Source: Candidatus Multivoradales bacterium (GTDB taxonomy: Bacteria; Acidobacteriota; Thermoanaerobaculia; Multivoradales; J023). Taken from it: DNA of 64,000 nucleotides. The notes under the pieces were generated by a model. The model searched no databases. It had not been told where the DNA came from and was given only the letters and a program-made list of their open reading frames with translations. A program made the position numbers and the translations under genes. Shown here in pieces: positions 1-11,033 of this stretch; within the stretch, counting starts at the first letter, position 1, and each line of letters opens with the position of its first letter. The stretch spans positions 4,192,001 through 4,256,000 of the forward strand of contig CBDFLE010000006.1 of the NCBI GenBank assembly GCA_965248925.1. Reading direction: 5' to 3'.

Positions 1-193
1 AGAAGATGTTGTTGCCCAAGAAGAGCTTCATCGGTGTGATGTCGCCGGGCACCCCTTGACGGTTGAGTTCGAAGACGATGGCGGCAAAGACGCAGCCGTT
101 GACGAGCAAGAAGAACGCCAGTACCACGTAGGCCAGTGGCGCAACGAAGAACGCGCGCAGCTCGCGCAAGAAGGTGGCCCACAGACCGCTCAT
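1..193 (-). CDS. ABC-2 type transporter permease (GldF-like), runs off window edge
   Basis: ATG at 193 overlaps the ATPase stop (ATGA); reads MSGLWATFLRELRAFFVAPLAYVVLAFFLLVNG, a typical ABC-2 permease N-terminus. Confidence 0.8.
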   Translation of the reverse strand, partial: MSGLWATFLRELRAFFVAPLAYVVLAFFLLVNGCVFAAIVFELNRQGVPGDITPMKLFLGNNIF

Positions 194-1200
194 TGCACGC
201 TCTCCGGGTGGTCGGTCGGTGAGTCTTCGGCGGGCTTGGCAGCCGCCGGGGAGTCGCTCTCAGCAGGGTTGCTCTCGATGGTGCCGCTGATCAGACGAAC
301 GAAGACATCCTCCAAGGAGGCCTTGCGTTCGGCCAGTTCGAGCAAGACCCAGGAGCGCTCGACGGCGGCACGGAACACCTCTTCGCGCAGGTCGCTATCC
401 GGCTGGCAGAAAACTTCCAAGCGGCCCGCGGTGGTACTTGCCTCGACCCGTTCGACACCAGCAATCCCAGCTAGCACCTGAGCCGCCTCGGCCGGGTTGC
501 CTTTGACGGTCACATAGAGCAAGACCTGTCCCTGAAAACGTTTGCTGAGTTCCTGCGGTGTGCCCTCGGCGACAATCCGCCCACGATCGATGATCAGCAC
601 CCGGTGGCAGAGTTGCTCGACCTCGGGCAGGATGTGGGTCGACAGCATCAGGGTGCGGCTTTCGCCGAGTTCGCGCACCAATTCACGGATGGCGATGATT
701 TGCTTCGGATCGAGGCCGACGGTGGGTTCGTCGAGCACCAGCACCGGGGGGCGGTGGAGAATCGCCGCGCCCAGCCCGACCCGCTGTCGAAACCCCTTGG
801 ACAAAGTACCAATGATCTGCTTCTCGACTTCTTGCAGCAGGCAGCGCTCCAACACCTCGCCGATCGCTGTCCGGCCATCGGCCCGGCCCATTCCCTGGAG
901 TCTGGCACGGTAGGAGAAGTACTCACAAACCCGCATGTCGGTGTAGAGGGCGACATTTTCCGGCAAATAGCCTATCCGTCGGCGAGCGGCGATTGGCTGA
1001 CTGTCGAGGTCAATTCCGTCGACCGTCACCGTGCCGCTCGATGGCGGCAGGAAGCCGGTCAGCATGCGAATTGTAGTGGTCTTGCCGGCGCCATTGGGAC
1101 CCAAAATGCCGACAATCTCACCCTCGTTGACGACGAAAGAAAGATCGTCGACGGCGGTGAAATCACCGTAGTGCCGCGACAGGCTGCGAGCTTCGATCAT
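190..1200 (-). CDS. ABC transporter ATP-binding protein (GldA/CcmA-like)
   Basis: Walker A GPNGAGKTT, signature LSKGFRQR, Walker B VLVLDEP, H-loop STH. Confidence 0.95.
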   Translation of the reverse strand: MIEARSLSRHYGDFTAVDDLSFVVNEGEIVGILGPNGAGKTTTIRMLTGFLPPSSGTVTVDGIDLDSQPIAARRRIGYLPENVALYTDMRVCEYFSYRARLQGMGRADGRTAIGEVLERCLLQEVEKQIIGTLSKGFRQRVGLGAAILHRPPVLVLDEPTVGLDPKQIIAIRELVRELGESRTLMLSTHILPEVEQLCHRVLIIDRGRIVAEGTPQELSKRFQGQVLLYVTVKGNPAEAAQVLAGIAGVERVEASTTAGRLEVFCQPDSDLREEVFRAAVERSWVLLELAERKASLEDVFVRLISGTIESNPAESDSPAAAKPAEDSPTDHPESVQ

Positions 1201-1488
1201 AGATGGAGGTGCTCCTTCGGCGGTGGACTCAGATCTGGGGCAAGGGATTTACAAGTTTGAGCTGGATCTCGGAAAAAAAGCGAGAAGCAAGACCGATGCC
1301 GGCTGTTGGGGCGCCTGCCTGGTGACGCTATGGGGTTGCTGGGCAAACTGTAAGGTGCCTGAAGGCCGAAGAGGGCGTCTAGACGACCGCCGGGCATGCC
1401 AGATTGACACCAGCAGCGAGCTTGGCACCGGCACCTTGGGGAATCGTGGTTTCACGATAGGCACCGGAGCCGCCGTCTAGTAAGCTCG

Positions 1489-1794
1489 GTGGCAATGGCA
1501 AACGAAGACGGAATCAAATCTGCTTATGAATTGGCCCTCGAACGAATGGAACAGCAGGGCATCGAGCGGCCGCGGGAGGAGCGGCTGAGCGAGTCTGTGC
1601 GGGCCGCCATCGCGGAGGAGCGATCGAAGGCCAAAGCGAAAAAGGCCGAACTCGAGATCTTCCACCGCGAGCGGCTGACCAAGCTCCTCGAGCCGATGGA
1701 GCGACAGCGAGAGGAGCAGGAATTCCAGGCCGAGCTGGCGCGGATCGACAGCGGTTGCGACCGTCGGGTCGAGGACTTGCGCGCTAGCGCCTGA
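1489..1794 (+). CDS. small charged coiled-coil hypothetical protein
   Basis: 101-aa E/R-rich ORF starting KSAYELALER; fills the intergenic gap with plausible codon usage. Confidence 0.7.
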   Translation: MAMANEDGIKSAYELALERMEQQGIERPREERLSESVRAAIAEERSKAKAKKAELEIFHRERLTKLLEPMERQREEQEFQAELARIDSGCDRRVEDLRASA

Positions 1795-1893
1795 GCGATA
1801 GATGGGGTGCCGTTGGCCGCTCTGGTGTTGCTCCTCCCCTCGAAGCGGATGAACTTGCTTCTCCAAGCTATCTCTTGACCCCCTAGGAAGACA

Positions 1894-4218
1894 ATGCTCT
1901 CGCGTATCTCTGCAAGACTTGCACTCTTGGCAATAGCACTCTTGCTGAGTGCTGCTTGCGGTTCTGACGGCGGCGGCGAGGGTATCCCGCCGACCGGCTT
2001 GGAGCTGGCGCGGCTGTTTCCGGTGGCGGAGATCGAAGCCGAGACTTCCCGCATCGACTTCGGCCTCGGCGCCGCCCGTTACCAGTTGCTGACCGGTTGG
2101 AGTCACGACGAGACGACCACCGCTGGCGAGCCTTTTGTGTGGGGTGTTGGCGCGGCGTCCGAACTCGAACTCACCCTGCTGCGACCGCGACCGCTGACCC
2201 TGCAGCTCGAGGGTTCGGCCTTTCAAATCGGCGGTCAGGTCCAGGCAGTAGGGGTTGAACTCAACGGCCACGCGGTGGGCACGGTAACTCTGGGTGTGGA
2301 GTTTGGCCAGCATTCGTTGGCCCTGCCGCCCGCGGCGCAGCGCTATGGCGTCAATCTGCTGCGCTTGGCCTACGCCTACCACCGGCCATCTTCGCCACCA
2401 GGGGTCAAGCCGCGGCAGCGGGCGCTGGCGGTGCAATGGCACGCCTTGCGCTTGCTGGAGGTCGGCGGCGAGAGCCAGGCGCGAGCAGATGCCGAGGCGC
2501 CGGAATCGTGGATCGAGGTTTCACCACGGCAGCGGGTGAGTTTCTACCTCGATCTCGAGCCGGGCAGCGAGCTCTACTTCGCAGGCCTGCGGGCAGCTCC
2601 CGAGTTGGGTCGGCAAGCGGCGCTGATCGTCGAAGTGGCGACCGCCGAGACCGCCGATCAGCCCGAGCGGATCCGCTTGGAGATCGGCGAAGGTGCAATG
2701 CGGGTACCGCTGCTGAGCGGCGCTGGAGGTCGGCAAACAGTGCGGGTTTCGCTGGCCGCCGAGGCCGGCGAAACAGGCTGGCGGGACTCCCTGTCCGCGG
2801 CCTGGCAGGAGTTGTGGGGCGACGATTTACCACCCGACGTGGTGCGGGTGTTGCGACCGACCGTGGTCCAACCCCCAAAGCCCGCTACCACCGCCACGGT
2901 CGAGCCGGCGATGGCGGGCGAGCAGCGACCCAACATCATCTTGTACCTGATCGACACGTTGCGCGCCGACCACCTCGGTGTCTACGGCTACCACCGGCCG
3001 ACCAGTCCGTGGATCGATAGCTTTAGCGAGCGCGCGACCTTATTCACCAACACCCAAGCGCAGTCCTCTTGGACCCGCGCCGCGGTGGCTTCGATCATCA
3101 CCGGACTCAATCCGCAGACCCACCGGGTCAACGGACGGCTCGACGCCCTGCCCGAAGCCCTCGACACTCTGGCTGAAGTGCTCAAGAGCGCTGGCTACAG
3201 CAACTTCGGCTGGGCCACCAATGGCAATGTCGATCCCAAATTCGGCATGCACCAGGGATTTGATCGCTACGAGCGAATGCGCGAGTCGCACAATCGGCCA
3301 AGCGTCCACTACCTATCGGACCAGGTCAACGAGAGGGTTTTCAAGTTTCTCGACAGTGCCGAGGCGGAACATCAGCCTTTCTTTCTCTATATTCATGTCA
3401 CCGATCCCCATGCTCCTTACGCCCCGCCCGAGCCTTTCCGGCAGCGCTTTGCCGCCGATGCCGACCTGGAACTCGGCACTCTCGACAACGTGCGAGCCTT
3501 TGCCAAAGGAGAGCGTCAAGCACCGCCGGGAACCCGCCAATCCCTGCTTGATCTCTACGATGCTGAGATCGCTTTCAACGACCACCACTTCGGCCGTCTA
3601 ATCGCGGATCTCGAACGACGGGGCCTGTGGGATTCGGCGCTGGTGATCTTGATTTCCGACCACGGCGAGGAGTTTCTTGAACGGGGGGGGTGGGAGCATG
3701 GCCGGACCCTCAATGGCGAGCAATTGCGGGTACCGTTGATCATCAAGCTGCCGCACGGAGTCGGCGCTGGCCAGCGGATCGATGGCCTTACCCGCCAGGT
3801 CGATGTGCTACCCACGGTGCTCGACTATCTCGATTTGGAGGCGCCGCGAGCCCTGGACGGGCGTAGTCTGCTGGCGCAGATGCGAGGTGAAGGGGGGAAC
3901 GACATCAGGGGCGTCTCCTTCTCCCTCTTGGCTCTCGATGAACGGGTTGTCGAAGCCGCTCAGGCGGGGGGTTGGAAGCTGATTCAGGATCGCTCGCGGC
4001 GCAGTGCGGCGTTGGGCGAAGAACTTTATCGGGTGTTCGACGATCCCACCGAGCAGATCGACCTCAAAGCACGCCACGTCTTCGAGCGTGGCTATCTGCG
4101 CCAGCTATTGCGCACTCAGCGCTTCGCCAGCCGACAGAATCGGGAAGATAGTCCGCCGACGGCCGAGATAGACGCCGAGCTCGAAGAGCAGCTGCGCGCC
4201 CTTGGCTACCTCAACTGA
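1894..4218 (+). CDS. sulfatase-like hydrolase, probable lipoprotein
   Basis: Lipobox LLLSAAC; PNIILYLIDTLRADHL, DPHAPY, SDHGEEF..HG motifs; C-terminal LRALGY. Confidence 0.9.
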   Translation: MLSRISARLALLAIALLLSAACGSDGGGEGIPPTGLELARLFPVAEIEAETSRIDFGLGAARYQLLTGWSHDETTTAGEPFVWGVGAASELELTLLRPRPLTLQLEGSAFQIGGQVQAVGVELNGHAVGTVTLGVEFGQHSLALPPAAQRYGVNLLRLAYAYHRPSSPPGVKPRQRALAVQWHALRLLEVGGESQARADAEAPESWIEVSPRQRVSFYLDLEPGSELYFAGLRAAPELGRQAALIVEVATAETADQPERIRLEIGEGAMRVPLLSGAGGRQTVRVSLAAEAGETGWRDSLSAAWQELWGDDLPPDVVRVLRPTVVQPPKPATTATVEPAMAGEQRPNIILYLIDTLRADHLGVYGYHRPTSPWIDSFSERATLFTNTQAQSSWTRAAVASIITGLNPQTHRVNGRLDALPEALDTLAEVLKSAGYSNFGWATNGNVDPKFGMHQGFDRYERMRESHNRPSVHYLSDQVNERVFKFLDSAEAEHQPFFLYIHVTDPHAPYAPPEPFRQRFAADADLELGTLDNVRAFAKGERQAPPGTRQSLLDLYDAEIAFNDHHFGRLIADLERRGLWDSALVILISDHGEEFLERGGWEHGRTLNGEQLRVPLIIKLPHGVGAGQRIDGLTRQVDVLPTVLDYLDLEAPRALDGRSLLAQMRGEGGNDIRGVSFSLLALDERVVEAAQAGGWKLIQDRSRRSAALGEELYRVFDDPTEQIDLKARHVFERGYLRQLLRTQRFASRQNREDSPPTAEIDAELEEQLRALGYLN

Positions 4219-4240
4219 TTCCCAATCCCTGGGAGGCAAG

Positions 4241-4624
4241 ATGGGCGAAGGCGTCCGACTCGACAAGTGGTTGCAGGTAGCACGGGTTTTCAAGACCCGC
4301 TCGCAAGCAACCCGTGCCTGCAACCTGAGCCGGGTGCGGGTCAATGGCGCGGTGGTCAAAGCGCATCGCAAGTTGGCGCTCGGCGACAGAATCGAGGTCA
4401 AACGGGGTGATCGGCAGCGGATTCTGGTGGTTGCCGAGCTGCGCGACAAGACGCTGCCCAAGGCCGAAGTGCCGCGGCTGTTCGAAGATCTGAGCCCGCC
4501 GCCGCCGCCCCGCGATCCACTCGAGCGCTTGCTGCGCCGCGCTCCGGTACGTCGAGACAGCGGCAGCGGTCGGCCGTCGAAGAAGGAACGTCGCGAGCTC
4601 GATCGCCTGCGCAGCGATCACTAG
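4241..4624 (+). CDS. hslR: S4-domain RNA-binding protein / ribosome-associated heat shock protein Hsp15
   Basis: VRLDKWL..ARVFKTRSQA, GRPSKKERR; GGAGG RBS before ATG 4241. Confidence 0.9.
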   Translation: MGEGVRLDKWLQVARVFKTRSQATRACNLSRVRVNGAVVKAHRKLALGDRIEVKRGDRQRILVVAELRDKTLPKAEVPRLFEDLSPPPPPRDPLERLLRRAPVRRDSGSGRPSKKERRELDRLRSDH

Positions 4625-4829
4625 ATGGGCGCGGCAGCCCGCCAGCTTGGCGCTATCTGAGTCGTTTCCAGTGGCCTGAGGAAGATCGGTGGTGCGAGTT
4701 TTCTCCGCCTCCTTCGTGTACACTCGATGGGACTCTCCGATCCGAAGTAGGACTGAGGAGGTGCCAGTCATGCTGGGCCGGTGGCTCGGCTGCTTTGCCC
4801 GTTCTCATAACAACTTCTATTGAGCACTG

Positions 4830-6785
4830 ATGACGCGGTTCTCCATCCCCTTGTTGGGCAAAGTGGTTTTTGCCCTGGCCATTGTTGCCCTGATGCCTTT
4901 CGGTATCTTCTCCTACCTGACGCGCCAGGCCGGGGATGCCATGGTGTTGCAGGCTCAAGCGACCCATTTGGCGGCGGTGCGCTCAGCCGCCAGCCGGGTG
5001 AGTTCCTACGTCGAGCTGTTGGCCTCGCTCAGCCGCTCCGCAATTCGCACTCCGGTGATCTATCAGGCGCCGAGATCCGCGGCTGCTAGCGAGGTGTTGG
5101 CCAACTTGTTGCAAACCCGAGCGGATCTGTTCGCCGTGGCCACTTACCTTGACGAGGGCCATGGTCCGGAAATGGTATTGACCGCCAAGCTCCAGGTCGA
5201 AGGGCGCGATATCGGCGGTTTGTTGCGGCCGCAGGTGGACGATGATCTGCTGCTTGAGCAAGACGCTAGCGGCTTGTGGATCAGATTGCGCACGGTGCTG
5301 CCTGAGCATCCAGGCTTTAGCATGCTGCTGGTAGCCAACTTTGAGCGGGTAGACGACATTCTCAATCCACCGGAGTTGCAGGACGACGCTTCGCTGGTGT
5401 TGACCAACGGTGGCGGCGAGGTGATTGCCGGTGCCGGAGAGCTTGCTGAGTTTCCGGCCCTGCTGGTCGAGAGCGCCTTGTCGGGCAAGGTCGGCTATAG
5501 CGCCGAGGAGTCTACGATGGCGGACGGCCAGCGCTTGGTGGCCGCCTTCTCAGCGGTCGAGGGAACACCGTTTGCGGTGCTTTCGCGCCAGCCGGAGGAA
5601 ACTGTGCAGCAGGCAGCGGCGCAGATGCGCCGGCAAACCCTGAGGCTGTTTCTGGTAGTTCTTGTCTTGTCGGCCTTGTTGGCCGTAGGCACCTACTTGA
5701 CGATCGTCCGGCCAATTCGTGAACTAGCTCGCGCCCAGCGCCAGCTGGCCGGGCTCGATAGTGATGGCGAGGGGCTGCGCGGCGCCGAAATCGAACAGTT
5801 GCAAAGTTCGTTTGCCTTGTTGCAGCAGAATCTGTACGACCGCGAAGCACTGAGCAAGGTGTTTCTCGGCCGCTACCAAGTTGTCGAGGTACTGGCCGTC
5901 GGCGCCATGGGAACGGTGTTTCGTGGCTTCGATCCCCGTTTGCAGCGCACCGTGGCGCTCAAGACCTTCAAGGTCGGTGCCGAATTGGGTGAGAAGAGAC
6001 GTAAGGAACTCGCCGGGCGCTTGGTGCAAGAGGCGGTCACCCTGGCCCGCCTCCACCATCCCAGTATCGTTACTGTTTTTGATGTTGAGGAGGCTGGGGA
6101 AGTTGCTTTTATCGCCATGGAGTTGGTCGAAGGGGTAAGCCTTGAGGCTTATTTGATTCAGGAAGGTAAGTTACCGGCCGACCAGGTGATTGCCCTCGCC
6201 ATCCCGATGATGCAAGCGATCGCCGCTGCCCACCGGCAAGAGATTGTTCATCACGATGTCAAGCCAGCCAACATCTTGCTCGGCGAGGACGGCTCGGTGA
6301 AGGTCACCGATTTTGGTATTTCCGAAATGTTGTCGAACCCGCGAGAGCGGCCCGGCGTGGTCTGCGGCACTCCCGGATACCTGCCACCCGAAACCCTCGA
6401 AGGCAAGGGCTATACTCCACGCAGCGACCTATTCGCCGCTGGCGTGGTTCTCTATCAATGCCTCACGGGCCAACGGCCCTTCGCTGGCAGCGAGCCGCGG
6501 GAGATAATGGTTCAAACTTTGCTCGGCAAACTGACTCCCCTGCGCCTTTTTTTGCCGTCGCTGCGGACCGACCTGGAATTGTTGGTGCTGAGCCTGCTGG
6601 AAGCCGATCCTGAGCAGCGGCCGGCCGCTGCTCAGGCGGTGGTTGAAAGCTTGCAGGCGATGGCTGAGGATGATCTCTGTTGGTCGCCCAAACCTTTTCA
6701 AGCAAGGAATAGAAATGCTACCTACAAGGCTGCGGTGGAGCCGCACGCTACCGTTCATACTTCTATGTTGCACGGTCTCAGTTAG
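4830..6785 (+). CDS. membrane Ser/Thr protein kinase with periplasmic Cache-like sensor and HAMP-like linker
   Basis: Two TM segments; GAMGTVF, VALK, HHDVKPAN, DFG, GTPGYLPPE. Confidence 0.9.
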   Translation: MTRFSIPLLGKVVFALAIVALMPFGIFSYLTRQAGDAMVLQAQATHLAAVRSAASRVSSYVELLASLSRSAIRTPVIYQAPRSAAASEVLANLLQTRADLFAVATYLDEGHGPEMVLTAKLQVEGRDIGGLLRPQVDDDLLLEQDASGLWIRLRTVLPEHPGFSMLLVANFERVDDILNPPELQDDASLVLTNGGGEVIAGAGELAEFPALLVESALSGKVGYSAEESTMADGQRLVAAFSAVEGTPFAVLSRQPEETVQQAAAQMRRQTLRLFLVVLVLSALLAVGTYLTIVRPIRELARAQRQLAGLDSDGEGLRGAEIEQLQSSFALLQQNLYDREALSKVFLGRYQVVEVLAVGAMGTVFRGFDPRLQRTVALKTFKVGAELGEKRRKELAGRLVQEAVTLARLHHPSIVTVFDVEEAGEVAFIAMELVEGVSLEAYLIQEGKLPADQVIALAIPMMQAIAAAHRQEIVHHDVKPANILLGEDGSVKVTDFGISEMLSNPRERPGVVCGTPGYLPPETLEGKGYTPRSDLFAAGVVLYQCLTGQRPFAGSEPREIMVQTLLGKLTPLRLFLPSLRTDLELLVLSLLEADPEQRPAAAQAVVESLQAMAEDDLCWSPKPFQARNRNATYKAAVEPHATVHTSMLHGLS

Positions 6786-8127
6786 TACGGCACGAGCCGC
6801 CGAAGACTTACTTTTGGGGCCTGGGGACCGGGTGGCCTTCGAGCCCGCGGAGCCTGGCGCGCAGGTCGAAGCGGCCATTGACGGCGGCCCTCTGCGGCCG
6901 GTGGATGGAATGCTCGACGTGCCTGGCGAGGGTGATCATTGGTTGGCGGTAGCTAGCCGCGACCGGGCGGGCAATCTGTCGCCGGTGCGCTGGCTTCGGC
7001 TGCGGGTGGACGCTCAGCCACCGGTCGTAGAGCTGGTTACCGAGCCACTGCCGATTGAGGCGGCGGGCAAGCTTTGGGTGCCGCCCGGTAGCCGTGCGGT
7101 TGCCCGCGCAGTCGATGCCCAAGCCGGCTTGGGCAGCTTAGAGTTGCGGGTCGGCAATCAGCGGTTCGAGGCTTCGCGGGGTGAGCTGGTTGGCGCGCTG
7201 CCGCTGGCTGGCGAAGTGCGGCTGCGAGCGTGGGCCAGCGATGCGGTGGACAACGACAGTGCTGCCGTAGAGCTGGTGGTGGAAGTAGATTCGGTGGCGC
7301 CAGCGGCAGAGATTCGGCTGCTTGGAGCAGTGATAGAGGTGGCCGAGGGCTGGGTCGTTGGCCCGCAGGCGAGTTTGGCAGCCACCGTGTCGGACGCAGA
7401 CAGTGGAGTCGATCGCTGGACGCCGCGACTCGAGGGTAACGAGGTCGACGCGCAGCGCTGGCAAGGACCTTGGCAAGCTGGCTCCTACCTCGCCGACTTG
7501 GAGGCGGTCGATCGGGTAGGCAATCGGGCGGTGGTTGGCGGCTTGTCTTTTCGCGTCGACGACGCCGGTCCGATGATCACTTGGCAAGTGCTCGATGACG
7601 GCGTTGAGGTCGATGGAGAATTTTTCTATGGTGGCCCAGTTCAGGTACAGGTCGCAGCGACGGATGACTTAGCCGGTGTCGCTAGCCTCGAGTGGATTTT
7701 GCCCTCAGAAAGCGCCCAGCCGGTGCGCGGGTTGATCGCGACCGATGCCGAGCAGATGCAGTTGCGCGCGGTCGATCGAGTAGGCAACAGTAGCCTGATT
7801 GAAGCGAACTGGCATATCGATACCGTGGGCCCGGAGTTGGCGATCCGTGATCCCGAAGGGCAAGCCGTGGCCCCCGGCGGCAGACTCGAGATCAGGCTGG
7901 GGCAGCAGCTGCGGCTGGAGGCTCGCGATGCCGGTTGCGGGGTCGCCGAGGTGATCTATCGATATGGTCTGGTGGGTCCGCGGCGGTCCATGCCGCAGCA
8001 GTTGGAGTTTCGCCATCCGGGCCGCTTCTGGCTCCGCCTGGTAGCGGTCGATCGGTTGGGCAATACTTCGCGAGGGAATTGGATTATCGTCGTCCGGCGG
8101 CCGCAAGCGGCAGGAGGCCAACGATGA
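6715..8127 (+). CDS. secreted protein with repeated Ig-like beta-sandwich domains
   Basis: Signal-like N-terminus; recurring AxDRxGN and VDxxxP motifs. Confidence 0.75.
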   Translation: MLPTRLRWSRTLPFILLCCTVSVSTARAAEDLLLGPGDRVAFEPAEPGAQVEAAIDGGPLRPVDGMLDVPGEGDHWLAVASRDRAGNLSPVRWLRLRVDAQPPVVELVTEPLPIEAAGKLWVPPGSRAVARAVDAQAGLGSLELRVGNQRFEASRGELVGALPLAGEVRLRAWASDAVDNDSAAVELVVEVDSVAPAAEIRLLGAVIEVAEGWVVGPQASLAATVSDADSGVDRWTPRLEGNEVDAQRWQGPWQAGSYLADLEAVDRVGNRAVVGGLSFRVDDAGPMITWQVLDDGVEVDGEFFYGGPVQVQVAATDDLAGVASLEWILPSESAQPVRGLIATDAEQMQLRAVDRVGNSSLIEANWHIDTVGPELAIRDPEGQAVAPGGRLEIRLGQQLRLEARDAGCGVAEVIYRYGLVGPRRSMPQQLEFRHPGRFWLRLVAVDRLGNTSRGNWIIVVRRPQAAGGQR

Positions 8128-9551
8128 CCAGGCGTGGCAGCCGACTGGGAGCAATGGTCTGGTGCGGACTGTGGGCGCTGATGGGTGGCGTCGCGCAAGG
8201 GGATGGCGGTGCTGATGCGAGCCAAGATACGGTGGGCGAGCATTTGGTCCAGCCAGGTGACACCCTGCGGTCGATCACCCGCCGCTATCTCGGCACCGAG
8301 AAATTGTGGCGCGACAATTGGCGCCTCAACCCGCAACTGCGGGACCCTCACGTTCTGCGGGTAGGACAGAGGCTCAAGGTGATCCTCAGCCGCGAGCTAC
8401 CGGCCCGTGGCGCGGTGGTCGAGACCGTCGCCAACCGGGTCGACAAGAATCAACAGCGGCGGGGCTGGCAAGACGCGGCACAGGGCGATGGTCTCAAGCC
8501 TCGCGATGGGGTTCGCACCTTGTCCCAGAGTTCGGCTGGGCTGCGTTTTGATGACGATACCAAGCTGACCCTGAGCGAATACTCGCAAGTTTTCCTGAAA
8601 GACATCTCGACCTCTCTGGCTGGCGTCAAGCAAGGCTCGATAGAGGTCGAGAGAGGGCAGGTAGACCTGGTCTTGATCGCTCCACGGCCAGATCTGAGCG
8701 AGATCGAAATCATTGTTGGCGCTACCGTCAGCCGGCCCCGGTCGGGGGGTGATGGGAAGGGCGAGACCCGTGCTCGCATGCCACCGGAAGGTGGCTCGCA
8801 ATTGATGGTCTACAGCGGTTCGAGTCGAGTAGAGGCTGGTGGCCAGGCGGTGGAGGTTGCGCGCGGCATGGGCACCTCGGTGCCCGAGGGCGGCACGCCG
8901 AGCCCGCCGGAACGTCTGCTGCCGCGTCCGGCTTTGCGCCAGCCTGGAAACGAAGAAAAGTTTGACTATTCCAACCCGACTTTCGCCTGGCGACCGGTAC
9001 GCGGAGCTAGCTCTTACACCCTCGAGGTGTGTCGGGACGCGACTTGCGACCAGCTGGTGGCGCGGGCGACGGAGATTGTAGCGCTCGAGTGGTCAGCGCC
9101 CGAGCTGCCGATCGGTGAACTCTTTTTTCGCCTCACGGCGGTCAGTGCCTCAGGTCTCGATGGCTATCCCAGCGCTACCCGGCGGTTTCACATCGAGCGG
9201 GCCCGTCCGGACCTGGAGCCACCGTGGGTGGTCGTAACGCGGGTCGGTGGCGGCTTTTTTCGCGCTATCCGCGGTACCACGGTGCTGGTGCTGAGTGTCG
9301 ACGCCCGTCTGCGTTTGCATGCTCACGACGATGCTTCGGGGACCGAGCAGGTCAGCTTCCGCTGGGACGATGGCGAGTGGCAGATCTGGCAAGGCGAGGA
9401 CTTGCAACCGCCAGCCGGTGCCGGCGAACACCAGTTGGAGGTGCTCGCCAGCGATCGCTTGGGACACCAAGGAGCCCCCTGGACCACGCTGGTGGAGGTC
9501 GATGGCGGGGCTCCGGGAGAGGCCCGCGCCGGGCGTCAGCCGGGGCGTTGA
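8124..9551 (+). CDS. LysM + FecR-domain protein with C-terminal FN3/Ig-like domains
   Basis: HLVQPGDTL..I...W..NPQLRDPH LysM; DGVRT..SAGLRFDD..LTL FecR-like; ATGA coupling to upstream gene. Confidence 0.85.
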   Translation: MTRRGSRLGAMVWCGLWALMGGVAQGDGGADASQDTVGEHLVQPGDTLRSITRRYLGTEKLWRDNWRLNPQLRDPHVLRVGQRLKVILSRELPARGAVVETVANRVDKNQQRRGWQDAAQGDGLKPRDGVRTLSQSSAGLRFDDDTKLTLSEYSQVFLKDISTSLAGVKQGSIEVERGQVDLVLIAPRPDLSEIEIIVGATVSRPRSGGDGKGETRARMPPEGGSQLMVYSGSSRVEAGGQAVEVARGMGTSVPEGGTPSPPERLLPRPALRQPGNEEKFDYSNPTFAWRPVRGASSYTLEVCRDATCDQLVARATEIVALEWSAPELPIGELFFRLTAVSASGLDGYPSATRRFHIERARPDLEPPWVVVTRVGGGFFRAIRGTTVLVLSVDARLRLHAHDDASGTEQVSFRWDDGEWQIWQGEDLQPPAGAGEHQLEVLASDRLGHQGAPWTTLVEVDGGAPGEARAGRQPGR

Positions 9552-9665
9552 CCGAGCGCCAGATTTCGCACCAGATCCGGTAGACTTGCCGCGGATTCCA
9601 CTGGCGACGGGTGAATGGCCAAGCGAAGCCTGGCGCCGGTTTGGCGGTTCGGAGAGGAATGATCG

Positions 9666-11021
9666 ATGGCTGACGATAGGTCCATTCGCATTCTGCTGGT
9701 CAAGGACGGCAGTCCGGTCAAGATCTTGCTCAACCACGGTTTGAGCGGTGCTGGGCCGACGGTGATCGCGGTGCGCGATGGCGAGGAAGCGGCCGAGTTG
9801 CTCGACAAACAGCGCTTCGACGTCTCCAAGCTCGACTTTGAGCTGCCCGGAATTGGCCGCATCGAGACCCGTCTTCGGCAGGCGGACGCGAGCTGCTCCG
9901 AGCTGTTGGTGGTGGTACCTGAGAGCCAACCAAGCACGGCGCGGACGATTGCCGAAGCGCTGGAGCCGGAAGGGGCCAAGACCGAGTTTCTAACCATGCC
10001 GTTGGCCACTTCGGATTTGACCGCGCTGGCCGCTGAGGCCGCGCGCCAGGCTGGCGAGCATGAGGCCGACAGCTTGCAGCCCAGTGATCCGGAGAAGATC
10101 TTCTTTGGCTCGAGCGCCAAAATGCGCGAGCTGATCACCATGATCAAGCGGGTTGCCAGGGGCACCGCTTCGGTGCTGATCCACGGTGAGACCGGCTCGG
10201 GTAAGAGCATTTTCGCGCGCGAGATCCACGCTGCTAGCCCGCGGGCCGAAGAGCGCCTAGTGGCGATCAACTGCGGCGCTTTTCAAGACCACCTGCTCGA
10301 GAGTGAGCTGTTCGGGCACGAGAAGGGCTCCTTCACCGGCGCGGTGGCTACCAAGCAGGGTTTGTTCGAAGTCGCCCATCGCGGCACCCTCTTCCTCGAC
10401 GAGATCACCGAGATGACCACCGCCATGCAGGCCAAGCTACTGCAGGTGCTCGACGAGGGCGAGCTGCGGCGGGTCGGTGGCACCAAGGTGGTGCGGGTCG
10501 ACGTGCGGATTCTTGCCGCCACCAACAAGAATCTCGAAAGCGAGGTCAAAGCGGGGCGTTTTCGCGAGGATCTGTTCTTTCGCCTCAATGTCATCCAGCT
10601 CTATGTGCCACCCTTGCGCGAGCGCCGCGACGATATTCCCGGCTTGGTGCAGTTCTTCCTCGACCGTTTTCAGCTACCGGGCTCAGCGGATCTCAAGACC
10701 ATGTCGCCCGAGGCGATGCAGCTGCTCCGGGCCTACAGCTGGCCGGGCAATGTCCGCGAGTTGGCCAACACGGTCGAAGGGTTGCTGCTGCTGGCGCCCA
10801 TGAGCATCATTCGTGGCGAAGACCTGCCGCGCAATTTGCGGCCGGTGGGCAAGCTAAGACTCGACGATGCCGAAGCGCCGCTACCACTGTCCGAGATCGA
10901 GCGCCTGCACATCATCAGCTCGATGCGCTACACCGAGGGCAAGAAGGCTCCCGCAGCGCGGCTCTTGGGGATCGACGTCAAAACTCTGACCAGCAAGATC
11001 CGCAACTACAACATCCGCTGA
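9666..11021 (+). CDS. sigma54-dependent Fis-family transcriptional activator (NtrC-like, degenerate receiver)
   Basis: [38 protein letters not shown]-terminal HTH. Confidence 0.92.
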   Translation: MADDRSIRILLVKDGSPVKILLNHGLSGAGPTVIAVRDGEEAAELLDKQRFDVSKLDFELPGIGRIETRLRQADASCSELLVVVPESQPSTARTIAEALEPEGAKTEFLTMPLATSDLTALAAEAARQAGEHEADSLQPSDPEKIFFGSSAKMRELITMIKRVARGTASVLIHGETGSGKSIFAREIHAASPRAEERLVAINCGAFQDHLLESELFGHEKGSFTGAVATKQGLFEVAHRGTLFLDEITEMTTAMQAKLLQVLDEGELRRVGGTKVVRVDVRILAATNKNLESEVKAGRFREDLFFRLNVIQLYVPPLRERRDDIPGLVQFFLDRFQLPGSADLKTMSPEAMQLLRAYSWPGNVRELANTVEGLLLLAPMSIIRGEDLPRNLRPVGKLRLDDAEAPLPLSEIERLHIISSMRYTEGKKAPAARLLGIDVKTLTSKIRNYNIR

Positions 11022-11033
11022 GGTATCGGTGCG

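Noticed and set aside
1421-1440. TTGGCACCGGCACCTTGG as a sigma54 promoter or Y1 end motif
   Set aside because: GG-N10-GC spacing is not met, and a short match is expected by chance in high-GC DNA.
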